A stretch of 64,000 nucleotides of DNA from Thermoleophilia bacterium (GCA_025934255.1 JAICYJ010000009.1:2804-66803); one strand, 5' to 3'. Numbered from the stretch's first letter, positions 37,740 through 47,812 are shown. Notes: generated from the letters alone by a model not told the origin. A program made the numbers and translations.

Positions 37740-40700
37740 TCAGTGACGCGTCGCCAGGGTGGCGTCCAGCGGCACCTCGGCAATATGGACAACCCCTAGC
37801 CTTCGGAACAGCTCGTCTGCCTCGGCCCGTGCCGCCGCGCCGGCCGAGCCGAACCGCTCCGTGACGCGTGCCATCGCATCGAGGGCCAGTGCGACCTCGT
37901 AGCGTGCGTTCCTGGCTCGCGCCACCTCGAGACTCACCTCGAACTCGGTGCGGGCGGCGTCAGCATCTCCGAGTTGCGCCAGAGCGTAGCCGAGGATCCG
38001 GTGCAGCATCGGGTCGTGGGTGTCTCCTCCGTGCGCCGCCGTCCGCTCGAGACACGAGCTCGCGACCTCCTGCGCGTCCTGCGCGCGCCCCTGGAGAACC
38101 AGCGCCTCCCCGATTCGTGCGTCGGTGTCGATCAAGTCGTGTTCGGACACCAGCGCGCTGAACCTTTCCCGCGAGGAATCGAACAGCTCCCCGGCCAAGG
38201 CGAAGTCTCCCGACCGGCTGGCCACGGTGCCGAGAGCGCTGGCTACGCTGGCCACGCCGAAGCTGTAGTCGGCTGCGCGCCACACCCGTGCCGCCTCCTC
38301 GAAGCGCGGCCGCGCTTCGTCGAGGTGGCCCTGGTCGCTCAGCACCTCCGCGATGTTGAACGTCCCGATGGCGGCGTCGACCTCGTCCCCCAGCCGCAGC
38401 CGCAACTGCCTGGCCCGCTCGAACAACTCGACAGCATCATCCCAGCGAGCCTCGTAGTAGGCGAATGTGCCGAGGTTGTTGTAGATGGTGGCCTGCGGCC
38501 CGAGTTTGCCCAGCTCGTCATACAGCTCGAGAGCCTGCTGTGAGTGGACGGCCTCGTCGCTTCGGCCCAGGTCGACCAGCGCCCAGTCGAGCACGAAGTA
38601 CGCCTGTGCCATCGCCTCGCGCTCGTCCGCGCGCTGGGCGGCGTCGATGGCCTGGTTCAGCCAGCGCACGGCGTCCAGCCGCCGACCCTGCGACTGGCGG
38701 ACGACCCCGTACTCCGCGAGCAGGCGCGCATGCTGCTTCGCGGCTGCGGCCTGGTCGTTGTCCGCGACCAGCTTGATGCCCCGACGCAGCCAGCTCAGCG
38801 CCTGCGGGTAGCTGCCGGCGCGCTCGGCGATGGTCGCCTGCTTTATGCACAGCCTGGCGAGGGCGACGGTGTCGGCGGCACGCAGCCGGCGGGCGCGTGC
38901 GTAGGCATCCCGGGCGTCGGGATACTGCCCCATCCGCTCACGCAGGTCGCCAAGCGCTTCCAGCGCCTCGGCCACATCCACGTCCGCCAGGCCCTCCATG
39001 CCCCGCGCGCTCTGCAGCGCCTGCTCCAGGTGCTCGGCGGCATCCACGATCGCGAACTTCCGCTCGGCAGCCTCTGCAGCCTGCCTCGAATAGCGCCAGG
39101 CCTTGTCGTGGACGCGGCCGTGGAAGAAGTGCAGCGCCAGCAGGTCGAGATGGGCTTCGTCGTTCGCGCGCTCGCGCTCGATCGTCTCACCGGCGCGGAC
39201 GTGCAGGTCCCGGCGCCGGCGGTATGCCAGCCCCTCGTAGGCGGCGTCGCGCATCAGGGCGTGGCGGAAGCGGTGGAAGCCGGCGCCGTCCTGGATCACG
39301 AAGTCGCCCAGCCGCCGCCAGGCCGCCGCGCCGGTGGCCGACTCATCCAGAAGCTGCTCCGCGAGTGCGGAGCGGAACCGCAGCCCCAGCACCGACGCCA
39401 CCCGAAGCAGGCGGCGGTCGGGCGCCGCCAGCTGGTCGATCTGCGCCGTCACCATTGCCTCCACCGTGTCCGGCAGCCCCTCGGTGGTGCCCGCCAAACG
39501 CGTCGCGCTCAGCAGCTCCTGCAGGAACAGCGGGTTGCCACCCGATCTGCGAGCGAGGATCGACATCTCGTGCGGGCGCAGCGGCGAATCCTCGGTCGCG
39601 GCGATCAGCAGCTCGACCACCTTCTCCTCGGCGAGGGTGTCGAGATGCAGCGACACCGTGGCCCCGCCTGCCGGCGCCGCGAACCCGGAAGCCTCGTTGC
39701 GCCGGGTGACGCCGATCAGCCACGGCCGGCCGGCCACCTCGCGGCAGAGCTGAAGCAGCAGATCAGCCGACGCCTCGTCCATCCAGTGCGCGTCCTCGAT
39801 GGCGATCAGCGTCGGGCCGCTGAGGATGCTGCCCAGCAGCTTCGTCACCACCTCGTTCAGCTTCGCCCGGCGGAACTCCTGGCCGAGCTGTTCGACGTCC
39901 GGGTTCGTCGGCATGTCCAGGTCGAGCGGAACACCGAGCAACGGCAGCCACGTGGACAGCTCCGGGGCGCTGCTCCACACCACGTGCATCAGCCTCGACA
40001 CGATCGCCTCGCGCGACGCGTCGGCATCGACCTCCAGGGCCTGCAGCAGCAGCGGGCGCAGCGCCGCGTAGGGAGTCGATGCGCCGTACAGGTCGCAGCT
40101 GGCCGACAGCAGCCGCATCTCGCTGCCCACCTCCCGCATCGCGGCCAGCATCCGCGTCTTTCCGATCCCCGGCGGGCCGACGATCTCGACGATCGAGCCC
40201 TCTCCTTGCAGCCCGGCGCGGACGGCGCGCTGCAGGATCCCGGTCTCGAAATCGCGTCCCACCATGGGCAGCTCTCGCTCGCCGGTCGTGGCCTTCGCCC
40301 CCAGCGGCCGGCCGATCACCGATGCGTAGACCGGGAGCGTCTTGCCCTTGACCATGAACGGGTCGAGCTCGGTCGTCTCGAACGTCACCGAGCAGGCGTC
40401 CAGCACGCTCTGCGCGGCCAGGATCTGGCCGGGCTCGGCCTTGCCCATCACGCGGGCGGCCAGGTTGACTGCGTCGCCCATGACGGTGTAGGTGCGCCGG
40501 TAGGACGGGCCGATGTCGCCCGCGAACACCGGGCCGGTGTTGACGCCGACCCGGATCGGGATGCGCAGCTCGGCGGCCTGCAGCTCGCGCAGCGCCGCCA
40601 GCATGCGAGCCTCGTCGTCCGGGCTGGCGGTGGGCGCGCCTGCCACCAGGATCAGCTTGCCGCCGTCGCGGTCGACGTCGGTGCCCAGGAAGGTGACGCC

Positions 40701-41579
40701 ATGCGCCTCGCAGGCAGTCTGGGCGGCTGACACCAGCGCCTCCAGCGCGTCGGCCACCTCATCGGCCGGACGCGCGGCGACCATCTCGTCGAGGCCGTCG
40801 AAGTGGATGAAGCCGATGGTGACGCGACGATGCTCCGGGTCGCCGTGCCCGGTCAGCAGCAGCTCCCGCAGGGACATCGGGATGCACTCCGCCAGATCCA
40901 CCGACGGCGGCACGTGCTGTGGATCGGGCTCGTAGTTTCGGGCCTCGTCCGGCCGCAGGTGACGCCGTAGCCGGATGCCCTCGCCCTTCGGCTGGGACAG
41001 GAGCTCGGGCGGCAGCTGTGCTGCGGTGTCAAGGCTGACGACGATCTCGCCCGCGTCGGCCGTGCCCTCCATGGCGACCACGGTGCTCGCTCCGGGGCCG
41101 GTCAACAGCAGCTCGCGGTGTCGCTCGCCGACGAGGAAGAAGTGGAACTCGCCGGAGTGGACGCCGACCGACATGCGCAGGCGCACCTTGCCGGCCGAGG
41201 TGTCGATTGCACCCATCTCGCTGAGCGTCCGCCGCATGCCGATCGCGGCGGCGACGCCGTCCGACGCGTGGTGCTCACCCGAGAAGAACAGGAGCAGGGC
41301 GTCCCCGCCGAACTTGATCAGACCGCCGCCGTTGGCGTAGGCCGTGCCCAGCAGCTGGCGGAACACGAAGCCGACGACGTCGGTCACCTCCTCGGCGCCG
41401 ACGCGGCCGAGCCGTGCCAGCCGCTCGGACATCTTGGTGAAGCCGGAGATGTCGACGAACACGACCGTGCCCTCGAGCGCCCGCACCCGCACGTCCGGCT
41501 GCTCGCTGATCCAGCGGATTGTCAGGCGCGGCAGAAACGGCCGCAGCTTCGACGAGCGATCGGTGGAGACGTTAGCCAC
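37740..41579 (-). CDS. tandem class III nucleotidyl cyclase / AAA+ (STAND-like) ATPase / TPR protein (1279 aa)
   Basis: Cyclase domain 1 (FVDISGFT, GGDALLLFF), cyclase domain 2 (GFIHFDGLD, GDAVNLAARV), Walker A GPPGIGKT, and a long TPR-like C-terminal half. Confidence 0.88.
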   Translation of the reverse strand: MANVSTDRSSKLRPFLPRLTIRWISEQPDVRVRALEGTVVFVDISGFTKMSERLARLGRVGAEEVTDVVGFVFRQLLGTAYANGGGLIKFGGDALLLFFSGEHHASDGVAAAIGMRRTLSEMGAIDTSAGKVRLRMSVGVHSGEFHFFLVGERHRELLLTGPGASTVVAMEGTADAGEIVVSLDTAAQLPPELLSQPKGEGIRLRRHLRPDEARNYEPDPQHVPPSVDLAECIPMSLRELLLTGHGDPEHRRVTIGFIHFDGLDEMVAARPADEVADALEALVSAAQTACEAHGVTFLGTDVDRDGGKLILVAGAPTASPDDEARMLAALRELQAAELRIPIRVGVNTGPVFAGDIGPSYRRTYTVMGDAVNLAARVMGKAEPGQILAAQSVLDACSVTFETTELDPFMVKGKTLPVYASVIGRPLGAKATTGERELPMVGRDFETGILQRAVRAGLQGEGSIVEIVGPPGIGKTRMLAAMREVGSEMRLLSASCDLYGASTPYAALRPLLLQALEVDADASREAIVSRLMHVVWSSAPELSTWLPLLGVPLDLDMPTNPDVEQLGQEFRRAKLNEVVTKLLGSILSGPTLIAIEDAHWMDEASADLLLQLCREVAGRPWLIGVTRRNEASGFAAPAGGATVSLHLDTLAEEKVVELLIAATEDSPLRPHEMSILARRSGGNPLFLQELLSATRLAGTTEGLPDTVEAMVTAQIDQLAAPDRRLLRVASVLGLRFRSALAEQLLDESATGAAAWRRLGDFVIQDGAGFHRFRHALMRDAAYEGLAYRRRRDLHVRAGETIERERANDEAHLDLLALHFFHGRVHDKAWRYSRQAAEAAERKFAIVDAAEHLEQALQSARGMEGLADVDVAEALEALGDLRERMGQYPDARDAYARARRLRAADTVALARLCIKQATIAERAGSYPQALSWLRRGIKLVADNDQAAAAKQHARLLAEYGVVRQSQGRRLDAVRWLNQAIDAAQRADEREAMAQAYFVLDWALVDLGRSDEAVHSQQALELYDELGKLGPQATIYNNLGTFAYYEARWDDAVELFERARQLRLRLGDEVDAAIGTFNIAEVLSDQGHLDEARPRFEEAARVWRAADYSFGVASVASALGTVASRSGDFALAGELFDSSRERFSALVSEHDLIDTDARIGEALVLQGRAQDAQEVASSCLERTAAHGGDTHDPMLHRILGYALAQLGDADAARTEFEVSLEVARARNARYEVALALDAMARVTERFGSAGAAARAEADELFRRLGVVHIAEVPLDATLATRH

Positions 41580-41649
41580 GTGGTACCTCGGAGAGGACGG
41601 CGGGTTCGGTCAAGTGTAAACCTGGAGGGCGCGCGCCGGAACCGCCGGC

Positions 41650-43296
41650 TCAGGTCTGCAGCTCGCCCAGCTCGTTGAGCCGGGCATCGGCGATCGCATC
41701 GGCCTGGCCGGCGACCGTCACGTCGCCGGTCACGATCCGCAGGAACTCGTCCCGCTCGAGCGCGTAGAGCTCCGCCGCGTCGGCCACCCGCACCGTGGCG
41801 GTGCGCGGCACGTCCCGCAGCAGCGCGATCTCGCCCACCAGCGACCCGGGGCCGAGGTCGGCGACGTGGAAGCCGTCCTTGATCACCTCGACGGTGCCGC
41901 TCTTGACCAGGAAAACGCGATCGCCGCGATCGCCCTGCCGCATCAGCACGTCGCCGGACTCGGCGTCGACCCGCTGCAGGTGGCTGGCCACGCGCTCCAT
42001 CTCGGCCGGTGGCAGGAATGAGAACAGCTCGACCGAGCGCAGCAGCCGGATGCGGGCGGGGTCGGCCGCCGCCAGCCGGTCGACCCGGCTGAGGCCGCGC
42101 CAGGCAACCAGAAGGCCGATCGGCTGCAGCGCGCCCACCAGCACCAGCGTGGTCGAAAGCGACGTCACCGAGGCCAGCGCCGCCACCGTCAACGCGCCGA
42201 GGCCGATCGCCGCCCGCATCAGGCTCTCCAGCACCCCGAACACGCGCGCCAGCAGACGGTCGTCGGCCGCCCGCTGCAGCAGGGTGAACGTGACCACGTC
42301 CATCAGCACCAGGCCGGTGCCGGTCACGATCACCATCGCGTAGGCGACCACGGTGACGGTGGTCACGGCCAGCGCCACCAGCGCCGCCGACCACGCGATC
42401 AGACCCACCGCCATGGCCGGCACCAGCCGCGGCCGCCCGACCAACCCGGCCGATCCGATCGCCCCCAGGATCGCCCCGACGCCGGCCGCCGAGGCCAGCA
42501 GCCCGGCCCCGCCCTCTGCAGCGCCCAGCCTCTGCACCGCAACTGCCACCACCAGCACCTGGAAGAACGCGCCCCACACGACCATCGACAGGCCGAAGGT
42601 GCCCATCAGCACGCGCACGTCGGCGTTGGAGGCGACCGTCGCGAATCCGGCCAGCGGGCGGCGGGTGCGCGACACGCCGGCGGCCAGGGCCGCAGCCGGG
42701 GTGCTGGGCACGCGGCTGACCGCCAGCGCGGTGGCGAAGGACAGCGCCGCCAGCGCGGCGAATGCCGGGGCGGCGCCCGCCCACACGATCAGGCCGCCGG
42801 CCAGCGCCGGCCCGGCCAGGTTGCCGACGCCCTCGAACATCGAGACGAGCACATTCGCGGCCGTGAGCTGGGCCGGCGTCTCCGACAGCCTCGGCAGCAG
42901 CGCCGCCTGCACCGGCCGGTAGACGGGGATCACCACCGCCGCCACCACCGCCAGCACGAACACCGGCCAGCGGCTGTGGGCCATCGCCACGGCCAGGCTC
43001 ATGCAGGCCACCACCGCCGATGTCAGCAGCGCCGCCGCGACCAGCACCAGACGGCGGTCGAAGCGGTCGCCGAGGCCCGCCGTAAACGGTGCCGTCACCG
43101 CGGAGGCGGCCGACCGCGCGGCCGCCAGCAGGCCTGCCGCGGTGATGCCGCCGTGGCCGTAGGCGAACACCACGAGCGCGATCTCGAGGCCCTGTTCGGC
43201 GGTGATGTACGCCGCCCAGGCGGCCTGCGCCCATGTCAGCCGGCGGCTCCGCCCCACCAGCCGCACCGCTCGCGCCACGGGGGTCAGTGCCCGCAT
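41650..43296 (-). CDS. MFS transporter fused to a C-terminal cyclic nucleotide-binding domain
   Basis: About 420 aa of polytopic MFS followed by LFSFLP...GDRVFLVKSGTVEV...GEIALLRDVPRTATV. Confidence 0.85.
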   Translation of the reverse strand: MRALTPVARAVRLVGRSRRLTWAQAAWAAYITAEQGLEIALVVFAYGHGGITAAGLLAAARSAASAVTAPFTAGLGDRFDRRLVLVAAALLTSAVVACMSLAVAMAHSRWPVFVLAVVAAVVIPVYRPVQAALLPRLSETPAQLTAANVLVSMFEGVGNLAGPALAGGLIVWAGAAPAFAALAALSFATALAVSRVPSTPAAALAAGVSRTRRPLAGFATVASNADVRVLMGTFGLSMVVWGAFFQVLVVAVAVQRLGAAEGGAGLLASAAGVGAILGAIGSAGLVGRPRLVPAMAVGLIAWSAALVALAVTTVTVVAYAMVIVTGTGLVLMDVVTFTLLQRAADDRLLARVFGVLESLMRAAIGLGALTVAALASVTSLSTTLVLVGALQPIGLLVAWRGLSRVDRLAAADPARIRLLRSVELFSFLPPAEMERVASHLQRVDAESGDVLMRQGDRGDRVFLVKSGTVEVIKDGFHVADLGPGSLVGEIALLRDVPRTATVRVADAAELYALERDEFLRIVTGDVTVAGQADAIADARLNELGELQT

Positions 43297-43308
43297 GGCC
43301 GCGTCGGG

Positions 43309-43794
43309 TCAGTCCACTGCCGAGGGAGCCGACTCTCGCATGCGCGCCGCCAGCGTCCGCAGCATCGCCAGCGCCACCTTGGGCTCGCTCTCCAGCACCT
43401 TCTGGAACGCCGTCCGCCCCAGGCGCATGGTCAGCACCTCGGACTCGGCCTCGACCGTGGCCGTGCGCGGCGCCGCATCGAGCAGTGCCAGCTCGCCGAA
43501 GAAGTCGCCCCGGCGCAGCTTCACCGAGCGCTTGCCGGGCTTGCGAACCGCAGCCGAGCCATCCAGGATCACGTAGAAGGCGTCGCCGGGATCATCGACC
43601 CGCACGATCGCCGTGTAGGGCGCATAGCGCTTCATCGTCGCCTGGCCGGCCACCCGCCGCAGGTGCCGCTGGGAGAGGCCCGTGAACAGCGGGACGGTGC
43701 TGAGCACGTCGGCCCAGGCCTTGACGGAGCGACCGTCCGTGCCCAGCGAGAGTGCCCGGGCGATCGGGTCGCGGTGTTGCGTGGACGGCGTCAT
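43309..43794 (-). CDS. cyclic nucleotide-binding domain protein
   Basis: PLFTGLS...GDAFYVILDGSAAV...FFGELALLDAAPRTATV. AGGAGCG RBS. Confidence 0.85.
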   Translation of the reverse strand: MTPSTQHRDPIARALSLGTDGRSVKAWADVLSTVPLFTGLSQRHLRRVAGQATMKRYAPYTAIVRVDDPGDAFYVILDGSAAVRKPGKRSVKLRRGDFFGELALLDAAPRTATVEAESEVLTMRLGRTAFQKVLESEPKVALAMLRTLAARMRESAPSAVD

Positions 43795-43826
43795 GTGTGT
43801 GTGCGCTCCTGGTGGGGTCGCCCAGT

Positions 43827-44357
43827 CTACTGAGCGGCGGGCGCGTGCTCAACCCGGGCCAGCCGGTCGGGCATCAGGCGCATCGTCGTGGTGCCGTCGT
43901 GCTCGAATCCGACCTTGAGGTACGCATGCACGGCGGCCCGGTTGCGGGGGTCGACCTCGAGCGCGATCTCGCGCAGCCCCAGCTGCTCGAACCCGAACCG
44001 GCAGACCATGGCGGTGGCCTCGGTGCCGATGCCGCGGCCGCGGAACTCGGCGGCTCCGATCATGATCGAGAACTTGGCCCGGCGGCGGCCGATCGGGGTG
44101 AGACGGGCATCGCCGATCAGCCGGTCGCTCTCACGGTGGCGCAGCGCAAACACCACCCGCTCGGGATCGCTGAGGATGCGCCGCCCCCAGTCGAGCAGGG
44201 AGCTGGGGGAGTGCGTCTGCACCGGCTGGTCACCGGGCGCGTAGAGGTAGCGGGTGGTGGTGGGATCGTCCATCCAGCGAACCCAGTCGCCAACGGAGTC
44301 GGTGGACAGCGTCGCCAGGCACACCAGCTGTCCGCAGATCGGCTCCTTGATGGTCAC
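43827..44357 (-). CDS. GNAT family N-acetyltransferase (RimJ/RimL-like)
   Basis: Acetyl-CoA loop FRGRGIGTEA. GTG start. Confidence 0.85.
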   Translation of the reverse strand: MTIKEPICGQLVCLATLSTDSVGDWVRWMDDPTTTRYLYAPGDQPVQTHSPSSLLDWGRRILSDPERVVFALRHRESDRLIGDARLTPIGRRRAKFSIMIGAAEFRGRGIGTEATAMVCRFGFEQLGLREIALEVDPRNRAAVHAYLKVGFEHDGTTTMRLMPDRLARVEHAPAAQ

Positions 44358-44363
44358 CCAGGC

Positions 44364-44369
44364 AGCCTA
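44364..44369 (-). promoter_or_regulatory. -10 box TAGGCT (complement), 6 nt upstream of the GNAT GTG (leaderless)
   Basis: Complement reads TAGGCT-gcctgg-GTG(44357). Confidence 0.4.
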
Positions 44370-44388
44370 CCCAGCCGCCTCGCTGCGG

Positions 44389-45927
44389 TCAGCGTACGGA
44401 GTTGACGATCTCGGCGGAGAGGCTCGGATACTGGGCCAGGAACTCCGCCCGCTCCGCCTTCAGCCGCTCCACCCGCTGCCGGTACTCGTCGCTGCGGCCG
44501 GTCGCCTCGTACAGCCGTCGCGGCTGCAGCAGGTCGATATCCGCGGCGTCGATGCCGGGCACGTGCGAGGCCACCTTGTAGCCGAAGTCGGGGTCGACCT
44601 CCCACTCGATGGTGCCCTCGGCGATGGCCTTGACGATGGCCGAGGAGTGGGGGATCCGCACCTTCTTGGAACCGCTCTCGCTCTCGGGCCCGCCCACGCG
44701 GCCGGTGTTCATGATGTACACGTCGATCGGGTGCTGCTCGAGCAGCTCCAGGAAGCGGTTGCCCTGGCCGTCGTGGTGCATCGGGAAGAACGGGTTGGTG
44801 CCCGGCACGCGCAGGAACACGCCCTCCTCGTCCTTGCCGCCGGCGGCCGTCCCGGTGGTCTCGCCCAGCATGAAGAAGGCGGCTGCCTGCGGGCCCTCCA
44901 GCCGGGCGACGGCCGGGATCACGTTCTCGTTCCGGTTCAGCACCAGCAGGAAGTCGGCCTGTTCGATCGACGACGCCTCGGCCGCCTCGATGTCCGCGAA
45001 CGAGAACACGGCGCGGCCGTTCTTGGTGTAGCTCTCGTCGAAGAAGTCGACGACGCCGCGCTCGTCCATGCTGACGTTCTCGAGGTATGCGCCGGGCTTC
45101 GTGACCGCGCCGTGGATGGTCGGCTCGTCCTTGGGGTTGAGCGCGAAGGTCTTGGCGAAGCAGCCGGCCTCGGTGGCCGAGATCGACCCATCCGGCCACC
45201 AGGCGACGAAGTCGTCCTGCACCGGCAGCGATCCATTCTGCCGGGTGAACGTGGTGGTGGTCTTGCCGGTGCCGGACAGCCCCACGATCAGTCCGGTCTT
45301 GACGCCGGCGCTGGTCGGGATCATCTTGCAGCCGGCGTGCAGCGCCAGGCCGCCTCGTTCGAAGACGAGGTGGTTCCACATGCGCAGGCCGCCCTTCTTC
45401 GACTCGCCGAAGTAGTCGGAGTTGAAGACCCGCGTGACGTACAGATCGAGGTTGACCGCGATCAGGCGGTCGTCCGGGTAGCCGGGCACGGCCAGGTTGG
45501 GCGTGTAGATCACCAGCAGCTCCGGCTCGAACTCGCCGGACTCGGGATCGTGGAAGTAGAGGACATCCTGCATGCCCGCGATGTTGCCGTTGGCGGCCTC
45601 GACGTAGAGCCGGGCCGGTACCCGGCGCTCGGCGGTGTCGCCGATGTAGCCGTCGACCACGATCATCTCCTGGTCGGCGATGTAGGCGTTCTGGAGCTCG
45701 GTCACGCGCTGCCACTCGTCGCGGTCGATGGCCTGGTGCGGATAGGAATCGGGGTCGTCGGCGACGATGTAGGTGCTGCCCTTGGAGCGGGCCAGCACCT
45801 GCGTCTGGACGTTCGGCGCGCCGTACTCGGTGGGGCGCGCGGTGGGCATGGCCAGCGCCCGCGCGAGCAGCTCCGACTGCGGTAGGTCGTGGTGCACCTG
45901 CCGTGCGGCAGGTAGCGCAAAGGCCAT
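44389..45927 (-). CDS. pckA: phosphoenolpyruvate carboxykinase (ATP)
   Basis: Kinase-1a GLSGTGKTT. Start at [10 protein letters not shown] after a GGGAGG RBS. The longer track ORF is an upstream extension. Confidence 0.92.
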   Translation of the reverse strand: MAFALPAARQVHHDLPQSELLARALAMPTARPTEYGAPNVQTQVLARSKGSTYIVADDPDSYPHQAIDRDEWQRVTELQNAYIADQEMIVVDGYIGDTAERRVPARLYVEAANGNIAGMQDVLYFHDPESGEFEPELLVIYTPNLAVPGYPDDRLIAVNLDLYVTRVFNSDYFGESKKGGLRMWNHLVFERGGLALHAGCKMIPTSAGVKTGLIVGLSGTGKTTTTFTRQNGSLPVQDDFVAWWPDGSISATEAGCFAKTFALNPKDEPTIHGAVTKPGAYLENVSMDERGVVDFFDESYTKNGRAVFSFADIEAAEASSIEQADFLLVLNRNENVIPAVARLEGPQAAAFFMLGETTGTAAGGKDEEGVFLRVPGTNPFFPMHHDGQGNRFLELLEQHPIDVYIMNTGRVGGPESESGSKKVRIPHSSAIVKAIAEGTIEWEVDPDFGYKVASHVPGIDAADIDLLQPRRLYEATGRSDEYRQRVERLKAERAEFLAQYPSLSAEIVNSVR

Positions 45928-46014
45928 CTTCGCCAACGTTCCTCCCAGATGAGAGCGCGACGAGGCGGTCGCGCGCCCAACCAGGATACCGCAAGGTGGA
46001 GGGTTTGTCGTTGC

Positions 46015-46035
46015 TTGTGACAAAGCTTGTAACAA
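46015..46035. promoter_or_regulatory. tandem TTGTnACAA palindromes in the pckA-sdhA divergent region (candidate operator)
   Basis: TTGTGACAA-AGC-TTGTAACAA, an AT-rich island in a GC-rich intergenic region. Confidence 0.3.
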
Positions 46036-46121
46036 CGGCTTCGTACCCGCCTGGCAGCGCGGCCCGCCGGTACGGCTTGGTAGGCTGCAGACAGCGATTC
46101 CCTCGAGCAGCGGAGGCGTTG

Positions 46122-47804
46122 ATGGTGCGTCACGACGTGGTGGTGGTCGGTGCCGGATTGGCCGGAATGCGGGCTGCAATCGAGGCATCGCGCTACGGCG
46201 CCGACGTGGGGGTGGTCTCCAAGCTGCACCCCACGCGCAGCCACTCGGGCGCCGCGGAGGGCGGCATCAACGCCGCGCTCGGGAACGCCGGCGAGGACGA
46301 TCCGCAGCAGCACACCTTCTTCACCGTCAAGGGCTCCGACTACCTGGGCGACCAGGACGCGATCGCGGTCATGTGCGAGGAGGGGCCCGGCGACATCTAC
46401 GAGCTCGAGCACATGGGCGCGATCTTCTCGCGCACCGAGGACGGCCGCATCGCGCAGCGCCCGTTCGGCGCCGGCGGCGCGCCGCGCACCTGCTACGCGG
46501 CCGACATCACCGGCCACGTGCTGCTGCACGTGCTCTACGAGCAGCTGGTCAAGAGCGGCGTCACGGTCTACGAGGAGTGGTTCGCGCTCGACCTGGTCAC
46601 CGACGGCGAGCGCTGCGTCGGCGTGACCGCCTGGGATCTGGTGCGCGGCGGCGTGCAGGGCGTGGAGGCGTCGGCCGTGATCATGGCCACCGGCGGCCTG
46701 GGGCGCATGTACCGCGGCACCACCAACGCCTACGCCTGCACCGGCGACGGCATGTCGATGGCATGGCGGGCGGGGGTGCCGCTGAAGGACATGGAGTTCA
46801 TGCAGTTCCACCCGACCACGCTCAAGTCAAACGGCGTGCTGATCACGGAGGGCGCCCGCGGCGAGGGCGGCTACCTGCGTAACAGCGAGGGCGAGCGCTT
46901 CATGTTCAACTACGCCCCCAACGCGGGCGAGCTGGCCTCGCGGGACGTGGTGTCGCGCTCGGAGCAGACCGAGATCGACGAGGGCCGCGGGGTCGACGGC
47001 TGCGTGCTGCTCGACCTCACCCACCTCGGCGCCAAGCGCATCAACGAGCGGCTGCACGGCTCCCGCGAGCTGGCCATGGACTACGCCGGCGTCGATCCGA
47101 TCGAGGAGCCGATCCCGGTGCGGCCGGGATCGCACTACCACATGGGCGGCATCGACACCGACGTCTGGGGCCACACGCTCATGCCCGGCCTGTATGCGGC
47201 CGGCGAGTGCGCCTGCGTGTCGGTGCACGGCGCCAACCGGCTGGGCGGCAACTCGCTGCTGGAGACGGTCGTGTTCGGCCGGCGCACCGGCGCGGCGGCT
47301 GCGCAGGACGTCCGGCGCAACGGCACCGGCGGCGTCTTCTCGCCGTCTGCCGCAGGCATCGCCGAGCGTAGCATCGGCCGGCTGCTCGACAAGAACGACG
47401 GCGAGCGTCCCCACGTGCTGCGCCAGGAGCTGGCCGATGCCATGTATGACAACGCCGGCATCTTCCGCACGGCCGAGGGGCTCGAGGCCTGCAAGGCGAA
47501 GGTGGAGGAGCTGCGCGAACGCTACGAACGCGGCGTTGTCGTGCAGGACAAGGGCCGGGACTTCAACACCGATCTGATCCAGGCGATCGAGCTGGGCTCG
47601 ATGCTGGAGATGGCCGACTGCCTGGTCACCGGCGCGATCGCCCGCACCGAGAGCCGCGGCGCCCACAGCCGGCTGGACTACCCCGAGCGCGACGACGAGG
47701 CCTGGCTGCGGCATACGCTGGCGTTCTACGACGAGGGCCAGGTGCGCCTCGACTACCGGCCCGTCACCATCACCGAGTACGAGCCCGCCGTCCGCAGCTA
47801 CTAG
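46122..47804 (+). CDS. sdhA: succinate dehydrogenase/fumarate reductase flavoprotein subunit
   Basis: [14 protein letters not shown] and the FAD-histidine region [19 protein letters not shown] before ATG 46122. Confidence 0.93.
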   Translation: MVRHDVVVVGAGLAGMRAAIEASRYGADVGVVSKLHPTRSHSGAAEGGINAALGNAGEDDPQQHTFFTVKGSDYLGDQDAIAVMCEEGPGDIYELEHMGAIFSRTEDGRIAQRPFGAGGAPRTCYAADITGHVLLHVLYEQLVKSGVTVYEEWFALDLVTDGERCVGVTAWDLVRGGVQGVEASAVIMATGGLGRMYRGTTNAYACTGDGMSMAWRAGVPLKDMEFMQFHPTTLKSNGVLITEGARGEGGYLRNSEGERFMFNYAPNAGELASRDVVSRSEQTEIDEGRGVDGCVLLDLTHLGAKRINERLHGSRELAMDYAGVDPIEEPIPVRPGSHYHMGGIDTDVWGHTLMPGLYAAGECACVSVHGANRLGGNSLLETVVFGRRTGAAAAQDVRRNGTGGVFSPSAAGIAERSIGRLLDKNDGERPHVLRQELADAMYDNAGIFRTAEGLEACKAKVEELRERYERGVVVQDKGRDFNTDLIQAIELGSMLEMADCLVTGAIARTESRGAHSRLDYPERDDEAWLRHTLAFYDEGQVRLDYRPVTITEYEPAVRSY

Positions 47805-47812
47805 GAGCACGA

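Noticed and set aside
38544-40730. 728-aa plus-strand ORF
   Set aside because: It is antisense to the well-supported cyclase/ATPase/TPR gene. The product is Arg/Gly/Ala/Pro/Gln-rich and motif-free, a typical GC-rich shadow ORF.
43309-44357. Split version of the mycobacterial cAMP-regulated protein lysine acetyltransferase (CNB + GNAT)
   Set aside because: The GNAT looks RimJ/RimL-like rather than Pat-like and the gene order is reversed relative to the fusion. The GNAT gene also has its own leaderless promoter. The link is kept only as a weak contextual note.
44254-45994. 543-aa (+) and 546-aa (-) ORFs overlapping pckA
   Set aside because: These are alternative frames of the PEPCK gene. They are low-complexity and Arg/Gly-rich, and only the pckA frame carries enzyme motifs.
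46015-46035. CRP/GlxR-type cAMP receptor protein site
   Set aside because: It starts with TGTGA, but the second half is TTGTA, not TCACA. The sequence is two tandem small palindromes rather than one 16-bp CRP palindrome, so it is reported only as a generic operator candidate.
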